Source: Eledone cirrhosa
Taxonomy: Eukaryota
DNA: 64,000 nt
NCBI GenBank assembly: GCA_964016885.1
Contig: OZ024740.1
Location: forward strand, 305,598,001 to 305,662,000
Direction: 5' to 3'
The position numbers and the translations under genes were made by a program. The first letter of the stretch is position 1. Every line of letters begins with the position of its first letter. This document shows positions 53,505-64,000 of this stretch, piece by piece. The notes beneath the pieces are model-generated. The model saw nothing but the letters and a program-made list of their open reading frames with translations, was not told the origin of the DNA and did no database searches.

Positions 53505-55459
53505 GCACACATACATACATATAATTGTGTGTGTGTCTGTGAGTACATGCATATGTGTGCGTACATATGTGTGTGTCTGCGAGTATGAGTGTAAGCACGT
53601 ATGTCTGTATTTGTATCTATCGCTAACAAGAAACGAATATAGATTGTATAGAAAGACGCTGGACAGAATATCGACTGATGGTAGAGAGAGATAGAAAGGG
53701 AGGGGCGAAAGAGAGTGTATGAGGCGCCATAAATAAATACCCAAATATAAGTGCTATGCATTTTGTATGTGCTTATGTGACTATGTGTGAGAGAGAGAGA
53801 AAGAGAAAAAGAGCGAGCGAGTGAGTGAGAGAGAGAGAGAGAGGGGGGAAAGAGGGAGTGAAAGAGAGAGGGGGGAGGAGAGTGAGAGAGAAGAGAATAT
53901 GCAAGATTTATGGCTTTTTGTTTCCTCCATCTCAACCCTATTTCACTTTGTTCACTTTGATCGACAGAGGGCTTTTAGAAATCACAGAAGCTCACTTTTG
54001 CTTCTCTTCACAGTGAAATGTTATTTTTGTTATATTCATCCATTCAACGAGGACAGCGACCGTAATGGCTACAAGTTGTTGTTCAGTTATTTATTCATTC
54101 ATTTATTTATCAGGCATTCATCGCACCACCGTCTGCTTATCCTAGAATTCATTTTAACGAATCTCACCCGCTTTCAAATGCAGCCGATTACTCTCAATAA
54201 AACGTGATAGCTTTATTCGTTGAGTCGATAATTTGCACGCGCGGTATCTGTAAGTGTTTCTCAAGCACGCATCATGTCGACGCAGATCGACACAGTCTTC
54301 GCAATTTCTCAGATATTCTATATTTTTCTCTTAATCACATCATACTTTATGTTTTAACTTTCTTTTAGAAGCAATAACCTTTTATTTAATTTTTTCAATC
54401 CCTAATAAATACAAACTACAAACAAACAAAACAGCTTTTGTCCTTCCCACACCTGCTTTGCTTGGTTTGTTTTTGTTAGTTGCTGTTTTCTTCTCACTTT
54501 CAATGAAGTTTTTAACATTCTTTCTTAGCATTCATTCAATCAGTCAGTCATTCTGTCAAGAACTTTTATTTCAATAACTCGCTAAAATAGAAAATAAGGA
54601 AAAAACAATAAAAAAACAAATCAAATCAAAACAAAAACAAACATTAGTGTTGCTTTCTTTGTGTTGCCAAACAGGAAAAAATGGCTTTACTTCCGGTTTA
54701 TCATTCCACTCATTTTTCCTTTGCTCGCCCCACCCCACCACACACACACACAATTTTGCTTACATTATTAAGGATATTGATGGGAAAAATTATTTATACA
54801 ACTTTCAAATAGTTTTACAAAATAATTTGTAAAGGTTTATTCTGGATACAGTTTTATCACCATGTTTTTATTACCATATACAGAATAATGAAAAGTTGAT
54901 AACATTTTCAGGGAAAGATCTAAGAAGTTTCAGACATCTTATTGGAATTCTTATAGAGTTTATCAAGTTTTCTGATATGTAGTGTTGCAGTGTTGGGTGT
55001 TGTTATGAGATGTAGTTGCTGTTATCTTTTTGTTTTTACTCTGATCGATCAGAGATATAATCAGATGTATTCCAACCACAACACTCTACTCTCTCTAAAG
55101 GTTTGCAGGACTACATTGTATAATTTATTTCATTATTTTTAATTTAGGGCGTGATTTAAGTGATATTTAGTTGACATTTCTATCAGCCGATCGACAATGT
55201 AGAGGGTCTTTTCTTAGCCTTTTGTTGTAAGATGACGTTAGTCATTGTGACATGTGAAAAGTCATTAGTTGTGAAATGAGTTGATTTGCAAACAGTCCTT
55301 AGTCTTTGTGCAATGTGAGATGTAATAAAAGTCATGACATTATGAATAACTGAAAATGAAAACAGTTTATGATTTATGAACTGTTGTCAGTTTTAAGCTA
55401 TAGCGCGATTCAAACCAGATGATGTAGAGCGTTATGAGATGATAATAAGACTAGTTGTA

Positions 55460-55514
<55 letters not shown>

Positions 55515-55518
<4 letters not shown>

Positions 55519-56117
55519 TTTGAGTTTATGTTGGTTGTATACCAACACCTCAGTATGCAGGCTGGAGCACTCGACGAAGTGCGCAGGTTGGTTTGGTTAC
55601 TCCGGAGTAGTGTAAAATAAAGTTAAATAAAAGTCAAATGATTAAAATTTAGCTTCGTTTATTACTGCTATATATATTTCAGTGATAGAATTCTATAGAC
55701 TTCTGACTGAGGAATGCTCTCAGAACTGAACAATGGGAAGTTTGACACATTTTTTGATATTTTGTTCCTTCAACACCTTGTCCCTTCTACCATTTTATCA
55801 ATTTTTAAGCTAACTCCAACAATGACAACACTAATAACTGACCAATGAGAGGAGAAGGGGACCTGTGACACTAAAATTCGTTTGTTTGAATTCATATGAC
55901 TCCAGTTCCCCAGTGAATTAACAACCCAACAAGGAACTGGGCATATCAGAGTATTGACAATATCATACACCTAAACAACATATGTACTTGTCTATACCAT
56001 ACTAATTCAAACTGCCTGAAGAGGTCACAGCCAAAGATGGCTGTCACTGAAATATATATAGCAGTAATAAACGAAGCTAAATTTTAATCATTTGACTTTT
56101 ATTTAACTTTATTTTAT
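55515..56117 (+). mobile_element. Penelope-like insert with inverted, extended 5' pLTR, in (TA)n
   Basis: 55613-55685 is the reverse complement of 56044-56116; hammerhead at 56011; second copy at 58605-58803. Confidence 0.8.
56011..56065 (+). ncRNA. Minimal type-I hammerhead ribozyme
   Basis: actgc-CTGAAGA-ggt-c-acagcca-aaga-tggctgt-c-act-GAAA-t-atat-a-T-A-gcagt, followed by aataaa. Confidence 0.85.
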
Positions 56118-56474
56118 ATATTTATAAATATATATATATATATATATAAATATATATATATAGATATATATATGAATGTACGTATTGTATATTTAATAAT
56201 ATACGGGATGTTTATGAAAAACATTTAGAAGGCTTTTCACTATGAATTTTAAGGTTGGGACGATCATCACGTACCTAGCTTCAGCAAAAGCAGGAGCAAG
56301 TAATCGACGATGCCACCGCTTCTGACTTATTAGTGATTATCAAGACTACATATCTCCCTACATTTGTTGAAGCTAAACTAAGCTAGATTCTTATAGAATT
56401 CTGCTTATGCTTATAAGCTGATGAAACTCATTTGTATACGGAGCGGTAGTCAGCTCGGATATGTCTATCGCAGC

Positions 56475-56598
<124 letters not shown>

Positions 56599-57385
56599 AG
56601 CGTGGAACAGGGACGTTAAACGATGATGATGATGATGATGATATATATACTTGATCGATTCGAACTCAGTGGTACCCGCATCCACAATCCACATTCTCGA
56701 TGGGATGATATGCAAGATTTGAATTCAGAATGTAGATAGGCATGTAGTCTAGTAATTTATCATTTCTATCATTCTACCATCCTAGAAATATTAGAAAACG
56801 TTGCAGAGATGATGAGATATTTATTTTACAGAAAGACGTGAACTGAATATTCATAGAAATACTGTAATATTTGTCTATTACAGCTTATCCTTCACACTAA
56901 TAGTAAATAAATTAGACACCGCCTTATAGTTGAAGCTGTAATACATGTGGATACTAATAAAGAACATATATGCCAGCTCTCTTGTATAACAGGTTTCAAA
57001 TGTTTGCACATATCTCCACCATCACCACCACTATCGCCCCGCCATTCCACCTCCACCCAAACTTCCACCGCAACTCCACCATCACCCCCCCACCTCCAAT
57101 CACTACCAAACAATGGTGCTTCTCGAATGAAGTCCTTGGTAATATTATTTCTGTGTCGTGTTACACTGGTGCTCCCTTGTCACTCACACCGTTGGAAAAG
57201 CAGTGAACTAGTGTTTAGTTCATTAGAAACCTATAATCAACCTTTACTAAAAAGTGGACGAAAGGGTCTTCTGACTATTTTTTCGTCTCAGTGATCAACT
57301 ATTGTTACAGTAATTTATGTTGGGACGACTACAACGCCACCCCGTCCCCTGACAGACACACATACACATCATACACATACACATA

Positions 57386-57607
57386 CGAGGGGTGCTGAAA
57401 TGTTCCTGGCTTTGTATTAAAAGAAAATACAGGATACAGGAGGATCAGTTAATTATGATTTTATTCAACATATTCACCGCTCAGAGTCGCACACTTATTG
57501 CAGCGGCCTTTCAGGTTTACTAAGCCCTGTAAAAAGAACTCGGAAGGTTGGGCCTCCAACCAGCCCTCTGTGATACCCTTAAAGCCAGGAACTTTTCAGC
57601 ACCGCTC

Positions 57608-57608
<1 letters not shown>
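57386..57608. mobile_element. Mariner-derived MITE
   Basis: TIRs cgaggggtgctgaaatgttcctggcttt / aaagccaggaacttttcagcaccgctcg with TA duplications. Confidence 0.9.
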
Positions 57609-57669
<61 letters not shown>

Positions 57670-57670
57670 G

Positions 57671-57751
<81 letters not shown>

Positions 57752-57885
57752 CCCTGGTTAAGTCGTTCGCTCCACTATCACATGATTTCAGGTTCAGTCA
57801 CACTGCGTGGAGCCTCGGGAAAATGTTTTGCTACAGCCTTTGGGAGACCAATGCCTAGTGAATGGAATTTTTCAGGAAAGTTGGT

Positions 57886-57935
<50 letters not shown>

Positions 57936-58302
57936 TTTGAAACTTCGTCAGTTTCGATGAAAAGTGTTGAACAACGAAACAGTCTGTTTGACCATTCCAC
58001 CATTGACCATTCCACAAACACATGTACACCTAACGTAATTATCGAGGAAATGCAGGATAATACAATGATAGAGTGTGTGACAAAGCTCGCTCTATTGAAT
58101 TGCATATAAAACTCATTTTTGTCTCTTTTACTCTCTCTCCCTCCCTTTTTCTCTTTTTCTCTCCCTCCCTCCCTCTCTCTCTCTGTGACATCTACCGTAT
58201 CTATTTCGACAACAATTACAGCAAATATAAGTATTCTATCTAAATACAAAAATAAATAAACTGCATAATAAGATATGTTGTTACAAGTTCGTATCGTTTT
58301 GT

Positions 58303-58404
58303 CGCTACACAGCATCCTCCTAGAATAGAAGCTATAGAGCAGGCATGTCAATCATACGGCCCGCGGGCTGCATGATTGACATGCCTGCTCTATAGCTTCT
58401 ATTC
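58303..58404. repeat. ~100-bp palindrome containing a hAT terminus
   Basis: gctacacagcatcctcctagaatagaagctatagagCAGGCATGTCAATCAT followed by its reverse complement. Confidence 0.9.
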
Positions 58405-58696
58405 TAGGAGGATGCTGTGTAGCTAATTGCTTATTTTAACCTGTAATCCATGTTTCATTTCTGTCGCACTTCTTTTCTCCCCCTCTCCCTCTTCCTCTTT
58501 TTCTCTCTGTGATGAATCTATGTTTTGGGCTTACTTTATTCATATATATGTTTTTGTATGTCAGTTAATATTCAAACTTACAACGATTGGCATTATATAT
58601 GAAACAACAAACCAACCAGGAACTGGGCATATCAGAGTATTGACAAAGTTATACACCTCAACAACATGTGAACTCGTCCCTACCACACTAATTTGG

Positions 58697-58751
58697 ACTG
58701 CCTGAAGAGCTCACAGCCAAAGATGGCTGTCACCGAAATATATATAGCAGT
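58697..58751 (+). ncRNA. Minimal type-I hammerhead, second copy of the 56011 family
   Basis: actgc-CTGAAGA-gctcacagccaaagatggctgtcacc-GAAA-tatatata-gcagt-aataaa; element spans 58605-58803. Confidence 0.83.
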
Positions 58752-58797
58752 AATAAACGAAGCCAAATTTTAAATATTTGACTTATTTATTTTAATT

Positions 58798-58858
<61 letters not shown>

Positions 58859-58861
<3 letters not shown>

Positions 58862-59497
58862 TTAAGTCGTTTGGAAGCCTCGACAATGCAGATAGGTAAA
58901 TCTCCGGGTAACAGGATCCGGTGGTAGAGAGAGAGATGTAAGTGGGTGTACGTTGAGATGCGTGGCGTGTATAAGACGTGTAGAGGAATGAAGGATAAAG
59001 CGTAAAGGATAAAAATAAAAATAACAACACGAGAGAGAGAGAGTTACCTTGGGAGAGATTTAATTGTCCCTATATATTTCGGATTCACATCCATCAACTG
59101 GGGGTATTTTCCGGGGTGGGGGAAAGGTTGTCTGTTCAAAACAACGAACAGCGGAGGACACGTTTCGAACCTTTCCGACAGACAACCTTTCCCCCACCCC
59201 GGAAAATACCCCAGTTGATGGATGTGAATCCGAAATATATAAGGACAATTAAATCTCTCCCAAGGTAACTCTCTCTCGTGTTGTTATTTTTATTTTTATC
59301 CTTTACGCTCTATCCTTCATTCCTCTACACGTCTTATACACGCCACGCATCTCAACGTACACCCACTTACATCTCTCTCTCTACCACCGGATCTTGTTAC
59401 CCGGAGATTTACCCATCTGCATTGTCGAGGCTTCCAAACGACTTAAAGAAATTTACCTTATTATTCCACAATGCTTCAAGCAAACTTCAATACTCTC
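58859..59497. mobile_element. Fold-back insert (~275-bp arms) between (TA)n tracts with a hammerhead 3' half
   Basis: 58859-59134 mirrors 59178-59449; right arm extends ~50 nt; 'cGAAAtatataaggac-aattaaa'. Confidence 0.7.
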
Positions 59498-59530
<33 letters not shown>

Positions 59531-59626
59531 GGAGTTGCGACCGATAGATAGTACTAGCAACTGGAAAGACCGACGGAAACATTGTTTCCTCGGTCCGATT
59601 TGATGAAAGTCGATCGATCCTTTTAT

Positions 59627-60620
59627 ATATAATTTGTTTGTTAAAATAATTAAATTAAATTAATTCAACAGATAAACACACATAGGAATAATAAGGTTGT
59701 TACCAAAGAGCCAGAAGATTGACAAGTCGACCCTAAATATGACTAGTAGCTCTAGGAAAGCCATGAACAACACCACATCTTTTTAACTTTGATTTTGAAA
59801 GTAGGTTTATGATTATTAATTTTAATCATACTTTTGTAGCTGTCTCGGTAGCCTAGTTGGAGGGATCATAGAAGGTGCTAATCCTGGTCTGAAGTTCAAT
59901 CCCGGTCGGGGGTAGGGTTGGTTGTAAAGTTTTTCAGTTTTTTTCAATGGGATGTAAAATAAAAACTGAAAAAGATTACATGTACTTCTTGACCAGGATT
60001 GAACCCAAGACAAGGATCTCCACCGTCTCTAGTACATGCCCTGAGACAGCTACGAAAATCTTATGAAAATTCAAACTTATAAACCTACTTTCAAAATTTT
60101 CAATACAAAATGATGTGGTGTCGTTCATGTCTTTCTTAATGTTATTGCTCCTACTTAAGGTCGACTTCTAAATCATTTGGGTGTTCCTTAAACTACATCC
60201 TCGTTTTGTTTCTCATCTATCTAGACTATATTTTAATCTGTAATCCATGTTTCATTTCTGCCCCCCCCCTCTCTGTCTCTCTCTCTCCCTCTCTTTCTCT
60301 CTCTCTGTGATATTTGAATCTACTATGATTTGCATGTCAGTTTGATTAAAACTTACAATGATTGACATTATATATATAAATTATTTGTTTGTTAAAATAA
60401 TTAAATTAAATTAATTCAACAATTATACACACATAAGAATAATAAGCTTGTTACCAAAGAGCCAGAAGATTGACAAGTCGACCCTAAATATGACTAATAG
60501 CTCTAGGAAAGCCATAACGACATCACATCTTTTTAACTTTGATTTTGAAAGTAGGTTTATAATTATTCATTTTCATTATACTTTTGTAGATGTCTCGGTG
60601 GCCTAGTTGGAAGAATCATA
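59627..60620. repeat. Diverged inverted-repeat element with tRNA-like heads, plus a direct duplication of its left arm
   Basis: 59715-59910 vs 59985-60175 inverted; 59627-59870 duplicated at 60375-60620. Confidence 0.7.
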
Positions 60621-60647
60621 GATCTTTTCTCTGTCATCTATCTAGAC

Positions 60648-61082
60648 CAGGAATGCCATACATGCAGCTCAAAGGCCGCATGCGGCTCTTTGCAAGCACA
60701 CATGCGGCCCGCACAAAGTTTCTTACAGCGCGAGCATGTTTTATCTTCGTAATATAAAATAAACATTTTTCGATATGATTGTTTTTTTTGTGCGATTTTA
60801 GTCATCTACTTTTAACTTCCGACGAATCACGTGCAGCTCATTAAAAGTTGTAAACAGAAAACTTTCTTTCAAAATTTCAAAAGTTTTTCTTTTAAAATGG
60901 CTAGTGCTCCTCCAGCTAAGAGAAAGAGGAAATTGAACGAAGAAGGGCGAGTGTTTCAAGAAAAGTAGGAATTACAGTATTTTTGTACAACGGTGAACGA
61001 AAAGATACACTGTTTAATTTGCAACAACTGCATCGCCACGCCAAAAGAGTACAATTTGAAAAGGCATTATGAAACGAACCAT
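60648..61082 (+). mobile_element. hAT (SPIN/Charlie/GTF2IRD2-like) 5' fragment
   Basis: Starts 'caggaatgcc' after tctagac, with tgcggc subterminal repeats; 60897-61082 reads MASAPPAKRKRKLNEEGRVFQEK*ELQYF...CLICNNCIATPKEYNLKRHYETNH (BED finger). Confidence 0.88.
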
Positions 61083-61199
61083 CAATGTTCAATTTTGAAC
61101 TGATGTAATTTTTGTACAATGTATTTGTTGCTGTTGCAAGCTGCAAGTATATGTTGCCCTTTAAAATTTTAGTTTTGCTCTTGTGTTGGCATGTAAACA

Positions 61200-61249
61200 G
61201 AACTGCAGACACTAATGTTTCTGGGTATCGCCCTTCATCAGTACAGCTC
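61200..61249 (-). ncRNA. Type-I hammerhead ribozyme, left arm
   Basis: Minus strand: gagctgta-CTGATGA-a-ggg-cgata-ccc-a-GAAACA-ttag-TGTC-tgcagttc. Confidence 0.8.
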
Positions 61250-61536
61250 ACTGTTCACCTGCCAACTGTCAGAGCTAGTGAAAATATATATTTTCTAAAA
61301 TATACAGTTACTGATCGGCCTGATTTGCATATTAGCAGACTGGCTGATCAGTCAGATCTGCATATTAGCAGATCCAGTCTGCTGATATGCAAATCCGGCT
61401 GATCAGTGGATCTGCTAATATGCAGATCTGACTGATCAGCCAGTCAACTAATATGCAAATTAGGTCGATCAGTCACTGTATATTTTAGAAAATAGCATAT
61501 ATTTTCACTAGCTCTGACAGTTGGCAGGTGAACAGT

Positions 61537-61586
61537 GAACTGTACTGATGAAGAGTAATACCCAGAAACATTAGTGTCTGCAGTTC
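61537..61586 (+). ncRNA. Type-I hammerhead ribozyme, right arm
   Basis: gaactgta-CTGATGA-agagtaataccca-GAAACA-ttag-TGTC-tgcagttc; 8-bp stem I, GUC cleavage site. Confidence 0.8.
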
Positions 61587-61832
61587 TGTTTACAAGCCAA
61601 CACAATAGCAAGAATGAAGGTTTCATTCTACTGACTTGGCTTTAAAAATGAGGCTTGTTTGCATAATTGCAAACGAATCGAATGTTATTATTAATATTCG
61701 AAAAACTCAGATTACATTTATTTGTACTTTTTCAATTTTCAACGGAAACTTCAATACTTATATATATATATATATAAATATATATATGTATACCTACATA
61801 TATATCAGTGTATGCATATGTGTGTGTGTGTT

Positions 61833-61871
<39 letters not shown>

Positions 61872-61874
<3 letters not shown>

Positions 61875-61908
61875 TTGAGCTCAGCCGTCGGGGTCCTACT
61901 CGTTCCTA
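61872..61908 (+). mobile_element. Extreme 3' fragment of the 10271/41011 family, in (TA)n
   Basis: 'ggcttgagctcagccgtcggggtcctactcgttccta' flanked by (TA)n. Confidence 0.75.
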
Positions 61909-61950
<42 letters not shown>

Positions 61951-63634
61951 AAGAGTGGAAGGAAGAGAGAAGGCGATAAAAATAAAAATAGAGGAGATAA
62001 AAATTAGACGAACATTCCTTTTTAACGTTTTACTTTTCCATTCACCAGAACGAACCTGTACCTTTATTTTATGTTTTTGATGATTTAATAGGAAAATCTG
62101 CTACACTTGTTCATTATTTCTTTGCTACCGCATCATCTTTATCTAGTTCCCTGCCTTTATATAAACTACTATGAGGCTTTTAGATTTCCATATGATATGT
62201 CTTCTCTCTTAAATTGTCAAATATAGAGCGAAGAATGATATCTACATATAATTAAGGCAGTTTGGCCAGCAGGCGCTAGAGGCAATATCAGCTGTGGTTT
62301 GAGACAATATTGGTTTAGGAAACAAAAGCCAAATAACAGTCTTCATCTTCTGAGGGTAGGAGGAGGCGGATTTTTTCTTCTTCAATCTATTATATCGTCA
62401 GCCATCTTAATGTTAACTGCGCAGCGTTCAAACAACACCATTCTACACTAATTAAGACAGCCTTGCCAACACCTTCACGTGATTATGACGTGCAAATAAC
62501 GGTTGCAGCCACATGATATATTCCGATATCATGTCAGCTTTCCTGCTAGATCTGTTTTGAGTTAATTCCGCGTTGGCTGCTTAAGCAAATCTAACCTTTG
62601 CTTCTGCCTCCTTATCTTCAGTTGTTAGCTAGCCTTTTCACTTCTATTCCTCTCTCATTCCTTCTTGTTTTTCTTGTTTATCTGCTGTGACCATGATGAT
62701 GGACTTTCGCAACCATTGAGTCAAATTGAAACACCAACCCACATTTTATAAATTTGTTTTCGTTTGTGTTGATTTTGTTGTTGTTTATTATATCTTTTTA
62801 TGTAAAATAGAAGACACCGGACATTAATTTTTTTTCCCTTTCTTAAAGCAGATCGAGTTAGCAAACATTCATAACATTGTGTAAGGTAGAAGAGAGAAAG
62901 AATAGAAAAAGAAAAGAATGAAAAGACAATTCCTACCATCAGCAACGCCATTACTAACACGACCACTCCCAATAACCAAATACAAACCACAATAACAAGA
63001 TCTACAATAATGACAATAACAACAATAGTAGCAGCAAGATTGCATCATAATAATGATGATGATATCGAAGCTAATAATGATAATGGTGATGTTAATAGAT
63101 ACAAATGCTGTCCGAAGTAAATGCTAACTAACTACCGTGTGCTTATGTTTGGTTTCTAGAAAGCAGCCGACACACGTAGGGTGATGGAAAGCAACTAATA
63201 CAGCTTTGCAACCGCCGGACAAACAACCAAATAAATAAACAAATATGCTAATATCTAGAGAGGCAGAGGTCAAAGAGGACAAAGAAACCATACAAAAGCA
63301 TGAATGCAAGCAAACAGCTACAGTAACAGCAAACGTAAACCCCAAGTAACATATGACACAGATACACACACACGCGTGCGTACTGACACATATAAATAAA
63401 AACACACTCACTTATATACATAAATACACTCAGCCTTGCACTATTTCATGCAAATATATACACATAAACGCATTGTAATATGTAAATAAGGTGGTGGAGG
63501 AACATAATAAGTCCTTCGAAACATTGTTAATGTAAATCAGTAGAGGAGAGGGTTTCGTGGGGAGTCGTGGTTACAAATAATTAAATACTTAAGAAATATA
63601 TAAGAATATCATTTGTACACTGAAACATATTTGC

Positions 63635-63743
<109 letters not shown>

Positions 63744-64000
63744 TCTTTTTTTTCTTTCATAATTTTTAGTCATAAATGCCCCACTATGAAGGGTTTGTGT
63801 AGTTGTTCACATTAAGACCATTATATGGGTTTAGCTTTAGTACTTATTTTATCGATCTCTATTTATTGAATCTCAGAATCTAGAATTAAGTATAGAATGG
63901 ATTGGACCTCCGCCTGTTTCAACGATGAGTGATCAATGGAACAGCCTGCTCATGAAATTACCGTAAACGTGTACCCTTAATATAATTCTCAGGGGAATTC

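Larger units (their letters stand above)
61175..61611. mobile_element. Fold-back element with two outward-facing hammerheads and an octamer-rich centre
   Basis: Arms are diverged reverse complements; centre has nested inverted repeats containing ATTTGCAT/ATGCAAAT. Confidence 0.8.

Noticed and set aside
57945-57996. Degenerate hammerhead (cgatga...gaaacagtctgtt)
   Set aside because: CTGA core is broken; too weak to call.
59838-59910. Functional tRNA gene
   Set aside because: Only A/B-box similarity; no complete cloverleaf could be drawn.
62250-62720. Unique-looking segment as an exon or CTCF site
   Set aside because: No sustained ORF with splice signals, and the motif match is imperfect.

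Overview
AT-rich, microsatellite-dense animal genomic DNA, probably octopus or another cephalopod (inferred from the SINE families and the zinc-finger-tailed RTE LINE). Most ORFs in the track are translated microsatellites. The supportable content is: the last two exons of a PRDM14-like C2H2 zinc-finger gene on the minus strand (43356-44250); an intact RTE LINE (APE + RT + three C2H2 fingers); a decayed Helitron; mariner, Tc1 and hAT remnants; R4/Dong and RTE/Expander fragments; and many tRNA-derived SINEs. The most striking signal is a dozen or more short non-coding inserts from several unrelated families. They carry minimal type-I hammerhead ribozyme motifs, mostly sit in (TA)n tracts, and often form asymmetric fold-back palindromes with a fixed short-arm end and an extended long arm. 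This resembles a diverse non-autonomous Penelope-like (pLTR/retrozyme-type) system. All pairings and coordinates were read by eye; no folding, alignment or database search was run.
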